Notes: generated by a model not told the origin, from the letters alone. A DNA stretch of 28,963 nucleotides from an uncultured Oscillospiraceae bacterium (GCA_964442035.1 CAYTWZ010000002.1:2211-31173); one strand, 5' to 3'. Shown: positions 16,701-24,825, numbered from the stretch's first letter. Numbers and translations are program-made.

Positions 16701-17033
16701 CAGTACGCCGTTTTCTGTTTTCCAGAAAAAAGCTTTTAAAACATCGCCGTCATCTTTTAATGTGCTGTTAAAGACAAGCGACTTGTTGCCGGTTCCGTTT
16801 GTTTCTTCGGATACCACAATGCCCTTGAGCTGCCCTAAAGAGTCATATACCGCAACAATTCCTTTCCCGCTTTCGTCTGAGCCTTTGCTTACGACCATTG
16901 ATATATTTCCGTTCTCGTCAATATCCAATGAGGTAATTGAGCAGGCAAGCTCTGCCGCCTCCGCGGCAATTGAAAAAACCATCAGCGATAAAACGATGAT
17001 AAAACATAGAACCTTTGTGGAAATGGATCTCAC
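13776..17033 (-). CDS. Large secreted right-handed parallel beta-helix (pectate-lyase-fold, possibly Cthe_2159-like carbohydrate-binding) surface protein with two tandem Ig-like domains.
   Basis: MRSISTKVLCFIIVLSLMVFSIAAEA is a signal peptide. There are two identical 108-aa repeats (EGFKATFETDSHASIAVSD...ITVTVTTKAT). Many beta-helix rungs follow (GGTINITS, DGIKA, GDGIQA, DDGIHG, DDGVNA). The C-terminus is Gly/Asn/Ser-rich (GGNQGWNGGNQGWN, SSSSSSGSGMWGGSGG). Confidence 0.6.
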   Translation of the reverse strand: MRSISTKVLCFIIVLSLMVFSIAAEAAELACSITSLDIDENGNISMVVSKGSDESGKGIVAVYDSLGQLKGIVVSEETNGTGNKSLVFNSTLKDDGDVLKAFFWKTENGVLTLEPLSDVFVPVEGFKATFETDSHASIAVSDTQVFTGDEQFVTEAYARSGDTGEIDTSGNGQVNFKITADEGYEIESVEVTPSTNYKNLKLPSELGENTYRITKITGDITVTVTTKATTAEGFKATFETDSHASIAVSDTQVFTGDEQFVTEAYARSGDTGEIDTSGNGQVNFKITADEGYEIESVEVTPSTNYKNLKLPSELGENTYRITKITGDITVTVTTKATEEESPQDPVISAGDGIIHLMGDSVNADGIENVTVSGTAVTITAAGEYTVEGTLNDGQIIVNSSEKTDLITVNLDGVSVTSTTGNAFDGLKGTVTLVPTENESTFRSASSDGDTTAIYSKNDLTIKGEGTLNAISDYGNGIRCKNDIEIGVCDLNVTAANNGIKGDQSVKITKKNNSITVVSGGDGIKSDQDPEIDALTNEYVSGGSVTINGGTINITSKTTTGTDGTVSNGDGIQADTLLTITGGDITINAAGEAIKANASSIAYLEDTTLTSGTPAEGDGCVAITGGTIVASAGEDGIKAVKNITIGSGANITITKALEGIQVNEVIYDTDGATVLAYVEGEIDINGGTLDITCSEDGIQCGTGNVVVTDGNITVNSQQDCIQSENITNISGGTFDLTAYGGAPQTVSANNPEAASSCKGVKGGNLVYISGGTFNINTYDDAVHSNHTVRIIGGSITAATGDDGIHGDSYLYISDNADINITKSYEGIEAANIYVLGGETRIVSSDDGVNAAGDKPTDSAYDIDTVSALSVELLAGPGGNQGWNGGNQGWNSGPNWGGEDSSTYGYVEISGGLVYIEAEGDGFDSNGSALISGGTLLVNGPTSGGNGVFDIGDNNGDTLSITGGTVIGAGSSDMAITPDSAKQYYVVTSSSSSGSGMWGGSGGFSSQSAGKAFKLTNSSGDEIVTYVPSKAYAWVFISTPEIKSGSYTLNYGGSVTGGAFTGKEPYGIVTGGTYSGSSSCALTSVSK
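16028..16676. repeat. Perfect or near-perfect 2 x 324-bp tandem direct repeat inside the surface-protein gene.
   Basis: The unit beginning TTGGTGGTGACGGTAACAGTGATATCGCC...GCTTTAAAGCCCTCC occurs at about 16030-16353 and again at 16354-16677, with about 2 mismatches. Plus-strand ORFs 16198-16446 and 16522-17145 mirror it. Confidence 0.85.
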
Positions 17034-17189
17034 TATTATTCCTCCTCTTTCTTTTTTATTTTATAATTATTTTTTTATTTATATTTATTTATCGACTATC
17101 ATTACCTGCGTTGACGTACTTGGGAGACATTATGCTACCGACTGAATAGTATTTCATTTGCTTAAATTATAACATGATTTGTAAAAAAG

Positions 17190-17203
17190 TCAACGCGCGT
17201 TGA
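17190..17203. promoter_or_regulatory. Perfect 14-bp palindrome TCAACGCGCGTTGA flanked by A/T runs, in the divergent promoter region between the surface-protein gene and potABCD. Candidate operator.
   Basis: Read directly. It is embedded in AAAAAAG-TCAACGCGCGTTGA-AAAAAAT. Confidence 0.35.
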
Positions 17204-17273
17204 AAAAATAATTTACAATTTACATCGGCGTAAAAGTGTATTAAAAATTATTTAAAAAAGATTTGAAAAACTC

Positions 17274-17302
17274 TTGACATTTGTGGAAAAACCATATACA
17301 AT
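17274..17302 (+). promoter_or_regulatory. Sigma-A promoter TTGACA-17 nt-TACAAT upstream of potA.
   Basis: TTGACA at 17274-17279 and TACAAT at 17297-17302. Confidence 0.5.
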
Positions 17303-17310
17303 ACACTTAT

Positions 17311-17366
17311 AAAAACGGTACGAGTGGCGGATTTGGCGTGCATAGTCCTCCACAGTACCGTTTTTT
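17311..17366 (+). terminator. Terminator-like hairpin with U6 tract in the potA 5' leader, immediately downstream of the predicted TSS. Candidate attenuator or very small RNA.
   Basis: AAAAACGGTACGAGTGG ... CCACAGTACCGTTTTTT: stem ACGGTAC..TGG / CCA..GTACCGT with a 22-nt loop, followed by TTTTTTATATT. A second small hairpin CCGCGG-TGCTTTT-CGCGG follows at 17372-17390. Confidence 0.45.
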
Positions 17367-17450
17367 ATATTCCGCGGTGCTTTTCGCGGAAAATCGTGAG
17401 GGAGCGCTACGATAATTGCACTTCGTAAAAATTAAAGGGGTGACGCAGTT

Positions 17451-18944
17451 GTGAAGGACAACAAAAACATTATCATCGAGCTGAAAAACGTCTCGAAACA
17501 TTACGGTCAGACTTATGCAGTAGAGGATTTTAACTTATACGTGAAGAAGGGTGAGTTCGTTACTTTCCTAGGGCCTTCGGGCTGCGGTAAGACCACTACG
17601 CTTCGTATGATCGCGGGCTTTGAAATGCCCACCGGGGGCGAGATACTGCTTAACGGCAAGAATATCGCCAATCTTCCTCCCTACCACCGTCCGGTAAACA
17701 CGGTGTTTCAGCGCTACGCTCTGTTTCCGCATCTGGACGTTTACGACAACATTGCCTTCGGCCTTAAGCTGAAGAAGATCAACGACGGCAACGGGAAGAA
17801 GCGCAAGCTTACCAATAAGGAGATCAGCGAAAAGGTCAGGGGAGCGCTAAAAATCGTTGACCTTGAGGAGTATGAGGACCGGGACATCGCCACACTGAGC
17901 GGCGGACAGCAGCAGCGCATTGCTATTGCCCGAGCTATCGTAAACGAGCCCGAGATACTTCTTCTGGACGAGCCTCTGGGTGCGCTGGATCTTAAGATGC
18001 GCAAGGATATGCAGCTGGAGCTTAAGGAAATGCACAAAAAGCTGGGTATCACGTTTATTTATGTTACACATGATCAGGAGGAGGCGCTTACTCTGTCGGA
18101 CACTATTGTGGTAATGAAGGACGGCATGATTCAGCAGATCGGCACGCCAGAGGGCATCTACAACGAACCGGCCAACGCCTTTGTGGCCGACTTCATTGGC
18201 GAAAGCAATATCTATAACGGCACAATGATTGACAAGCTTAAGGTTCGGTTTCTCGGTCATGTGTTTGAAGCCCTTGACGACTTTGACAAAAATGAAAAGG
18301 TGGATGTTGTGGTACGTCCCGAGGATATCCACCTTGTGCCTCCGGGAGAGGGAATGCTGGACGGCAAGCTTATCAGCAAGATATTTAAGGGTATACACTA
18401 TGAGTATACTATGATGGTGGGCCGCAATGAGGTGATCATTCAGGATACCCGGAACATGGATATCAACTGTGAAGCAGGTATAATAATCGAGCCTGACGGC
18501 ATACATATAATGAAAAAGGAGCTCACTGCCAACGTATATGATGACGCCTACATTGACAAAAACAACAATGTAGTTATTTCAGATTCCCACTTCCCCTGTG
18601 ATGTGACAAAGCTGGTAGAAGGCTCAACTCTTGACAGTGATGGCTATGTGGTTGGACCTGACGGTACGGTGTACGACTTTACCGATGCGGATGTAAAAGC
18701 CACCATCGGCCTTGCGGATGTGGAAATACTTGACAACGTGGATGAGGGCGCTGTTCAGGGCAATGTTGTGGAGATTATATACAAGGGCGACCACTATGTT
18801 CTCACTGTACGTACCGATGAGGATGAGGACTTTGTTCTGGGTACGGAATATACATATGACGAGGGAGACCGCGTGGGTATACGTGTAAAGCCCGAGCATA
18901 TCGGCCTTACTCTGAAGGGGGAGGCAAAGAAATATGCGAAATAA
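17451..18944 (+). CDS. potA: Spermidine/putrescine ABC transporter ATP-binding protein with an extended, duplicated C-terminal regulatory (TOBE-like) region.
   Basis: Walker A GPSGCGKTT, Q-loop, signature LSGGQQQRIAIARA, Walker B ILLLDEPLGALD and H-loop VTHDQ are present. GTG start with an AAAGGGGTGA RBS. At 497 aa it is about 120 aa longer than typical PotA. Confidence 0.85.
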   Translation: MKDNKNIIIELKNVSKHYGQTYAVEDFNLYVKKGEFVTFLGPSGCGKTTTLRMIAGFEMPTGGEILLNGKNIANLPPYHRPVNTVFQRYALFPHLDVYDNIAFGLKLKKINDGNGKKRKLTNKEISEKVRGALKIVDLEEYEDRDIATLSGGQQQRIAIARAIVNEPEILLLDEPLGALDLKMRKDMQLELKEMHKKLGITFIYVTHDQEEALTLSDTIVVMKDGMIQQIGTPEGIYNEPANAFVADFIGESNIYNGTMIDKLKVRFLGHVFEALDDFDKNEKVDVVVRPEDIHLVPPGEGMLDGKLISKIFKGIHYEYTMMVGRNEVIIQDTRNMDINCEAGIIIEPDGIHIMKKELTANVYDDAYIDKNNNVVISDSHFPCDVTKLVEGSTLDSDGYVVGPDGTVYDFTDADVKATIGLADVEILDNVDEGAVQGNVVEIIYKGDHYVLTVRTDEDEDFVLGTEYTYDEGDRVGIRVKPEHIGLTLKGEAKKYAK

Positions 18945-19737
18945 AAGTCTACGATTTCAGCGTAAATATCTTTCCATTCCTTATATGGTATTTATGGTCC
19001 TGTTTGTGGTGATACCATTAGTTCTGATCATTGCCTATGCCGCAACTGATCAGGGAGGGCAGCTTTCGGCGGAAAATCTGCTGTCCTTTTTCAGGGACAC
19101 CAACAATATTAATACCCTTATTATCAGCTTCTATATCGGCATCGGGAATACGGCTCTTTGCCTTTTGATAGGCTATCCTGTGGCTTTTCTTCTGGCTAAG
19201 AAGAATTTGGGCTTTACCATGGCTACGGTCCTGCTCTTTGTGATGCCAATGTGGATCAACTTTGTACTTCGTACGGCAGCTACAAGGGATCTGCTGTTCT
19301 GGTTAGGGCTCAATGGCGGTGAGCATCCTTACGTGGCTACAATGATAGGTATGGTATACAATTATCTGCCATTTACTATACTTCCCCTCTATACCACAAT
19401 GATAAAAATGGATCGAAGCCAGATCGAAGCCGGTTATGACCTGGGGGCTACTCCGGCGCAGGTGTTTGTGAAAAACATACTGCCCATGACCATGCCAGGT
19501 ATAGTTTCTGCGGCAACGATGGTTTTTATGCCCACTATGAGCAGCTACGTAATTTCCGACGTTATGGGTGAGAGAAAAATTTCCCTTATAGGCAACAGCA
19601 TTCAGTTGTACTTTGATCAGGGTCTGTGGCATATGGGCAGCCTTGTGGCGCTGGTAATGCTGGCAATTATACTTTTCGGCTCCTTCCTGACGCGTAATAT
19701 TAAGACTGACGACGATGCAAGAGGAGGGCTTTGGTAA
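18934..19737 (+). CDS. potB: Spermidine/putrescine ABC transporter permease.
   Basis: Six TM segments and the EAA-like loop ...IEAGYDLGATPAQVFVKNILPM. It overlaps potA by 11 nt. Confidence 0.8.
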   Translation: MRNKSLRFQRKYLSIPYMVFMVLFVVIPLVLIIAYAATDQGGQLSAENLLSFFRDTNNINTLIISFYIGIGNTALCLLIGYPVAFLLAKKNLGFTMATVLLFVMPMWINFVLRTAATRDLLFWLGLNGGEHPYVATMIGMVYNYLPFTILPLYTTMIKMDRSQIEAGYDLGATPAQVFVKNILPMTMPGIVSAATMVFMPTMSSYVISDVMGERKISLIGNSIQLYFDQGLWHMGSLVALVMLAIILFGSFLTRNIKTDDDARGGLW

Positions 19738-19738
19738 A

Positions 19739-20542
19739 ATGAAAAATTCCCGTTTTCTTGATTTTGTATCAAAGTTTTATGTTTATTTAGTGTTGCTGGT
19801 AATGTACGCGCCCATTCTGGTGCTGATTATTTTCAGCTTTACCAATACCAAGCTAATTGGCAGCTGGAACGGCTTCAGCCTGCATCTGTATTCGGCACTT
19901 TTCAAAAACAAGGAGATAGTAGGCGCGGCGGTAAATACCTTTGCAGTGGCCTTCTCCTCCGCGGCGGTTTCCACTGTGCTTGGTACGCTGGGGGCTATTG
20001 GTATTTTTTACAGCAGCAAGCGCAGCAAGGCTATTATGGAAGGCATTGGCCAGATACCGGTAATGAACGCCGAGATCGTCACCGCTCTTTCCCTGACAAT
20101 ACTGTTTGTATTCTGCGGCGTAAAGTTCAACTTTCTGACATTGCTTGTGGGCCATGTGGTTCTGACTATCCCGTTTGTGGTACTCAGCGTCCGTCCCAAG
20201 CTGACGCAGATGGATCCTAACGTCTATGAGGCGGCTCTTGATTTGGGAGCCACCCCAAATAAGGCGCTGATGAAGGTAGTAATGCCAGAAGTCATCCCCG
20301 GGGTGATCAGCGGCTTTATCCTTTCAGTCACCTTGAGTCTTGACGATTATATCATCACTGCCTTTACAAGGGATACCTCCTTCCAGACCCTGAGCACCTA
20401 CGTTTACGGTGTGACAAGCAAAAAGGGCACACTGCCCCCGTCTCTCAGGGCGCTTACCACTATTATAACCCTTCTTGCCATGGCTGTGCTCCTGGTGGCC
20501 AATCTTCGTAGCGGCGGCAAAGTAAAAAAGACAAGGCGCTAA
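19739..20542 (+). CDS. potC: Spermidine/putrescine ABC transporter permease.
   Basis: EAA loop ...YEAALDLGATPNKALMKVVMPE. The ATG at 19739 is preceded by a GAGGAGGG RBS. The track start at 19715 lies inside potB. Confidence 0.8.
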   Translation: MKNSRFLDFVSKFYVYLVLLVMYAPILVLIIFSFTNTKLIGSWNGFSLHLYSALFKNKEIVGAAVNTFAVAFSSAAVSTVLGTLGAIGIFYSSKRSKAIMEGIGQIPVMNAEIVTALSLTILFVFCGVKFNFLTLLVGHVVLTIPFVVLSVRPKLTQMDPNVYEAALDLGATPNKALMKVVMPEVIPGVISGFILSVTLSLDDYIITAFTRDTSFQTLSTYVYGVTSKKGTLPPSLRALTTIITLLAMAVLLVANLRSGGKVKKTRR

Positions 20543-20550
20543 GGGAGGTA

Positions 20551-21990
20551 ATGTATGAAATGAAAAGAATTATTGCCGCACTTATGGTGACTATGTTTTT
20601 TGCGTGTCTGCTGCCCTGTGCTTACGCTACAGGGGACGAGCAGGTGCTTCGGGTCTACAACTGGCAGGACTATATTAACGAGGGCCTTGACGACGATGGG
20701 GAAAAGGTGGATGACTCCGTTATTGAGCTGTGGGAGGCGGACTATTTTGAACGCACCGGCAAAAGAGTCAGGGTTCAGTATGACACCTTTGAGACCAACG
20801 AGACTATGCTGAACACCCTTCGCACCGGCAAGACTCAATATGATCTGGTCTGCCCTTCGGATTATATAATCCAGAAGATGCTTATCGAAACTCAAAGCGG
20901 TGTTGACGAAAACATCATGATTGAAAAATACGATCTTTCCAAAATGCCCAACTATAATGCCAACTGCTCTCCCTATATTCGGGATATATTTGACCGTTAC
21001 GGCTGGACAGATTACGCCGTTGGCTATATGTGGGGTAGCGTAGGTATAGTTTATAACCCCGAGACTGTCAGGGAGGAGGATGTAAAGACATGGGACATCC
21101 TCTGGAATCCTGACTACAAGAATAAGATTACCTGTAAAGATACCTCGCGTGACGCCTATGTAATAGGTCTGCTTAAGGTCTATGAGGATGAGCTGAGGGC
21201 CAACCGCGCCGCCTATGACAAGGGTGAGATCACCGGGGAGGAGCTTCAAAGGCGAACTCACCAAATCGTTAACCGGGTGGAGGATCAGGACATATACAAG
21301 GTCGAGGCTGCCCTAAAAGAAATGAAGGACAACATCTACGGCTTTGAGGCTGACAGCGGCAAGACTGATATTGTTTCCGGCAAAATTACCGCTAATGTTG
21401 CCTGGAGCGGCGATGCGGTCTACGCAATGGATCTTGCCGAGGAGGAGGACAACAAGTATCTCAACTATGTTGTTCCCGATGAAGGCAGCACTATCTGGTT
21501 TGACGGCTGGGTAATGCCGAAGGGAGCCAATGTGGAGCTGGCTCAGGACTTTGTAGACTTCCTTTGCCGTCCCGAAATCGCCGCCCGGAACGTGGAGTAC
21601 ATCGGTTATACCAGTGTGGTGGCCGGGGATGAACTGTTTGAGCTTGTATATGACTGGTACGGTGACAGTGATGGAGATATTGAGCATGACGTCAGCTATT
21701 TCTTTGACGGAACTCTTTCACCCCAAAACCTTACCGACGGCAGGGCCATTATCCGCACAAGTGAGGAAAACCGTCAGCTTATGGCCATGTACCCGGATAT
21801 GGACACATCCTTCCGTTGCGGCATAATGGAGGATTTCGGCTCTCAAAACGAGCAGGTTCTGAGGGCTTGGAGCCGTGTCAAGGGTACAAACCTTCCATTC
21901 GGAATGTATGTTGTTGCTATAGTGATAGTTGTGGGCGCTGCTGTCCTGTCAATACTGTATGGAGGAAAATACAAAAAAAGAAGAAGATAA
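20551..21990 (+). CDS. potD: Polyamine-binding extracellular solute-binding protein (PotD/PotF family) with an N-terminal signal peptide and an unusual C-terminal TM anchor.
   Basis: LRVYNWQDYI..., ...DLVCPSDY... and WSGDAVYAM are typical of PotD. The C-terminus is LPFGMYVVAIVIVVGAAVLSILYGGKYKKRRR. An alternative start is the ATG at 20560 (MKRIIAAL...). Confidence 0.75.
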   Translation: MYEMKRIIAALMVTMFFACLLPCAYATGDEQVLRVYNWQDYINEGLDDDGEKVDDSVIELWEADYFERTGKRVRVQYDTFETNETMLNTLRTGKTQYDLVCPSDYIIQKMLIETQSGVDENIMIEKYDLSKMPNYNANCSPYIRDIFDRYGWTDYAVGYMWGSVGIVYNPETVREEDVKTWDILWNPDYKNKITCKDTSRDAYVIGLLKVYEDELRANRAAYDKGEITGEELQRRTHQIVNRVEDQDIYKVEAALKEMKDNIYGFEADSGKTDIVSGKITANVAWSGDAVYAMDLAEEEDNKYLNYVVPDEGSTIWFDGWVMPKGANVELAQDFVDFLCRPEIAARNVEYIGYTSVVAGDELFELVYDWYGDSDGDIEHDVSYFFDGTLSPQNLTDGRAIIRTSEENRQLMAMYPDMDTSFRCGIMEDFGSQNEQVLRAWSRVKGTNLPFGMYVVAIVIVVGAAVLSILYGGKYKKRRR

Positions 21991-21994
21991 ACGC

Positions 21995-22025
21995 AAAAAT
22001 CCGGGACAATAAGCCCCGGATTTTT
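21995..22025. terminator. Bidirectional intrinsic terminator AAAAATCCGGG-ACAATAAGC-CCCGGATTTTT between potD and the convergent sugar-nucleotide gene.
   Basis: 11-bp stem including A/T arms. A T5 tract lies on the plus strand and an A5 tract on the other side, giving a U-tract for the minus strand. Confidence 0.7.
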
Positions 22026-22054
22026 GTGGGTCAGGGACTTTTACTTGGAGCCAT

Positions 22055-24451
22055 TCAATCCTCCAATATCTCGTCCACACACATATCCGCCAGCTCACGG
22101 GCGTATTCTTCACAGTACCCTTGGCTGGTTATATTTATGGAAGAGAAACCCTCCGATGGAGTCAGCAGTACCCAGCCCTTGTCAAAGCTCAGTTTTATAC
22201 CGTCGGTCAGATCCATAGGCTGGCTTTGATGACGGCTGTATATTTTGTTCATAGCTTGGGAGGTTTCGGCGCAGTCTACACCGGTGTGTATCATGTGGGT
22301 CTCGGGCAGACGGGCAAGAAGCTCGGACAATGAAGCGTTTTCGCTTTTCATAAAGTCAATCAGCTTGATCAGCGCGCCCACCGCATCAAAGGCGTAGATA
22401 AACTGGTCATACAGCATGGGGTCATCGGATTTGGTCAGCTCGCGCATAAGCTCCGGCGGAGAATTACGGGTGCGTACCACTACAGCACCGTATTTTTCAG
22501 CCAAAAGCTCAACTCCCGAAGGCGCTGATATCGGAACGTAGATTTTGGCGCCCCTGTGGGTATGCATTACAATCATAGCGGACAGAAGAGTGTATATATC
22601 ACGGCTGATTATTCTCCCGCTAATATCGATGAGGGTCAGTTCCTGACAGGACGGGTCGATAACAGCTCCCAGATCCGCGCCTTCTTCCTTTACGGCCTGG
22701 GCGATCTCATGAGGGCCTTTGTCAGAGGTCTCCACATGGCAGTTGAGATCATTGCCGGCGCTTTTCAGCAGACGCTTTGCCCAGTCGGAGCTGCCTCCTA
22801 CCAGCAACTTGTAGCCGAGGCTTTGCTTTTTAGTGGAGTTGATAAGGTTTTTGAGATAAAACAGCTTGTATTCAAAAAGGTACTCCGCATCCTTAATGTT
22901 TTCGCTGCTCCCCCGGGAAAAGTCCTCCAGTCGAAAGCTGCTTTTAAGCCTGTTCATCAGCTCGGACTGCGGGTCTGCACCGTTGGGACCTATGAGCTTG
23001 ATTTCTCCGTAGTCAGCTCCTCCCCGGGTATATACGTTTACCGCCGCACCGCCCCACAGCCGATGAAAGCGGACTCCGCTTCGGCTTACTGGAAGAGGCT
23101 GTTCCCCAAAGTCAAAGATTTTTGCTCCTGTGGAGAGCACTCCGCCGATGAAGGCGGATTTCAGCATTGCCGCCGCCGGTGAGCCGCTGTCGGATACGCC
23201 TACGCCGCAGCCATCCGCTGCTGTGCCAAAGGCTGCACCAAGGAGGGTCATTGTTTCGGGAGTTATTTCGCTGCCAAGCTCTCCCTGTACTCCGGCAGAG
23301 CTCCATATCCGTCCTCCCCCTACGCTACCCCATATAAGGTTGGAATGCTGCACGGTATCCGGAGGAAGCTCCTTATGTGGCCATATACGGACACCGGGCT
23401 TTACGGCACAGTTTTCACCTACCACGCTGCCGCTGCCTATCACTGCCTGCTCGTATACGGCGCTCCCGCGTTTAAGGACAGCTTCGCGGTCTATTACCGC
23501 ACCTCTAAGCTGAGCGTTTTCCTCCAGTCTGCATCCGTCAAGGGCAATGCCCCGCTTGATGCCGGATCCGGCACAGAGAGTGACCCCGCGGCCTATTACG
23601 CTGTAGGGCTCTACTCTGGAACCACGTAGGATACGGCTGCGCCCTCCGATAAATGCCGGCGGGCGCAGTACGGCTCCCTGCTGTATTTCGGCCCCGCTTT
23701 CAACCCAGATGCCCTCACTGTATTCCTCCGGCATGTTCAGCGCGGTTTTCCGATCAAGTATATCCCCGTGACAGCGGCGGTAGTCCCCAAGGCTCCCGAT
23801 GTTGCACCAGTATCCGCCGTGGGGCATACCGTATATACCGCGTTTGTCATTAAGCAAAACCGGAAATATGTCTCGTATCAGGTCAGTAAAAATTCCCTCG
23901 GGTATCAGTGTCAGCAGCTTAGGCGAGAGCACTCCCACTCCGCAGCTTATATATGAGGATGCAACAAGCCCCCAGTCCGTACTTTCGAACAGCCTGTTTA
24001 TCCGTCCTCCTTCTCCGATGGTCATTGTCGCCCGGTGAGGATATGGGGAGGCGGGTGCCAGCGCAATGGAGGCCAATGCTTTGCGGCTTTTGTGGAAACG
24101 AATAAGAGACGTAATGTCCATGTCCGTTATCACCGAGCCGCTCATTGCAACAAAGTCCCCATCTACAAAGTCCCAGGCGTTTTTTAACGCTCCGGCAGTA
24201 CCCAAGGGTGTATCTTCATTAAAATACGTCAGTCTAACTCCTAAGGCCGTACCGTCACCGAAAAATTCGCGTATTTTGCCTGCCATGTACCCTTCTGTTA
24301 CGGCAATTTCAGTTATGGCGTGCTTCTTCAGTAGCTTTATACAGTGCTCCATTATGGGCGCACCCATAATATTGAGCATAGGCTTTGGCCTGTCACAGGT
24401 GAGCGGCCTAAGCCGCGTGCCCTCGCCGCCGGCCAGAATTATAGCTTTCAC
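22055..24451 (-). CDS. Bifunctional sugar-1-phosphate nucleotidyltransferase (mannose-1-P guanylyltransferase-like N-terminus plus left-handed beta-helix) fused to a phosphohexomutase (phosphomannomutase/phosphoglucomutase) domain.
   Basis: N-terminal MKAIILAGGEGTRLRPLT...PLGTAGAL is the NTP-transferase signature. The middle region has hexapeptide-repeat-like segments. The C-terminal 350 aa have a PGM/PMM-like architecture. GTG start with an AAGGGGG RBS. Confidence 0.65.
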   Translation of the reverse strand: MKAIILAGGEGTRLRPLTCDRPKPMLNIMGAPIMEHCIKLLKKHAITEIAVTEGYMAGKIREFFGDGTALGVRLTYFNEDTPLGTAGALKNAWDFVDGDFVAMSGSVITDMDITSLIRFHKSRKALASIALAPASPYPHRATMTIGEGGRINRLFESTDWGLVASSYISCGVGVLSPKLLTLIPEGIFTDLIRDIFPVLLNDKRGIYGMPHGGYWCNIGSLGDYRRCHGDILDRKTALNMPEEYSEGIWVESGAEIQQGAVLRPPAFIGGRSRILRGSRVEPYSVIGRGVTLCAGSGIKRGIALDGCRLEENAQLRGAVIDREAVLKRGSAVYEQAVIGSGSVVGENCAVKPGVRIWPHKELPPDTVQHSNLIWGSVGGGRIWSSAGVQGELGSEITPETMTLLGAAFGTAADGCGVGVSDSGSPAAAMLKSAFIGGVLSTGAKIFDFGEQPLPVSRSGVRFHRLWGGAAVNVYTRGGADYGEIKLIGPNGADPQSELMNRLKSSFRLEDFSRGSSENIKDAEYLFEYKLFYLKNLINSTKKQSLGYKLLVGGSSDWAKRLLKSAGNDLNCHVETSDKGPHEIAQAVKEEGADLGAVIDPSCQELTLIDISGRIISRDIYTLLSAMIVMHTHRGAKIYVPISAPSGVELLAEKYGAVVVRTRNSPPELMRELTKSDDPMLYDQFIYAFDAVGALIKLIDFMKSENASLSELLARLPETHMIHTGVDCAETSQAMNKIYSRHQSQPMDLTDGIKLSFDKGWVLLTPSEGFSSINITSQGYCEEYARELADMCVDEILED

Positions 24452-24475
24452 CGTTGTTTCCCCCTTTTGTTTTCA

Positions 24476-24508
24476 GAAAACGCTGATTGATTCTAAAATG
24501 CTGATTGG
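24476..24508 (-). promoter_or_regulatory. Tandem motif CCAATCAGCATTTTAGAATCAATCAGCGTTTTC (minus-strand reading), 25-57 nt upstream of the GTG start of the sugar-nucleotide gene.
   Basis: Same 25-nt core as 2291-2315 and 27708-27731. AATCAGC(A/G)TTTT occurs twice with 17-nt spacing. Confidence 0.45.
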
Positions 24509-24602
24509 CGGGAAAATTTTTCTCGCAGTAAGGCAAAAAGCGCATGATTACTTGCTGTATTATGGGCTTCTTTAACCGAACTGCGGGGGAAATAACCGTC
24601 AA

Positions 24603-24680
24603 GCAGCGTTTTAAGCCGTAGACGTGAATTAATCAGAGCTTCCTTGATATTATTTGCCGGGAGAAAAATCTTATTCCAGG
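24603..24680 (+). promoter_or_regulatory. Conserved block, copy B: CAGCGTTTTA...GAATTAATCAGAGCTTCCTTGATATTATTTGCCGGGAGAAAAATCTTATTCC. It is homologous to the cps leader block at 2291-2362.
   Basis: Direct sequence comparison. An extra 11-12 nt is inserted relative to copy A. No ORF follows it. Confidence 0.45.
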
Positions 24681-24796
24681 AAAACTACGGATCCATACAT
24701 TTGATATAGTTCGGTTCCATCCATGCGATTTTTGCTTTAACTTTTTTGCCCGCAATCAAAAATACAAATAATACAAAAAAAATTACAAGATTGTTC

Positions 24797-24825
24797 TTGA
24801 CAATCATATGACCGTGTGATATAAT
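24797..24825 (+). promoter_or_regulatory. Consensus sigma-A promoter TTGACA-17 nt-TATAAT with extended -10 (TGaTATAAT) for the DUF1836-like/nfeD/flotillin operon.
   Basis: TTGACA at 24797-24802 and TATAAT at 24820-24825, with TG at 24817-24818. The AT-rich UP-like region 24740-24795 lies upstream. Confidence 0.65.

Noticed and set aside
17307-17501. A 64-aa minus-strand ORF overlapping the pot leader and the start of potA.
   Set aside because: It covers a promoter, leader and terminator region on the opposite strand. It has no RBS and is more likely non-coding.
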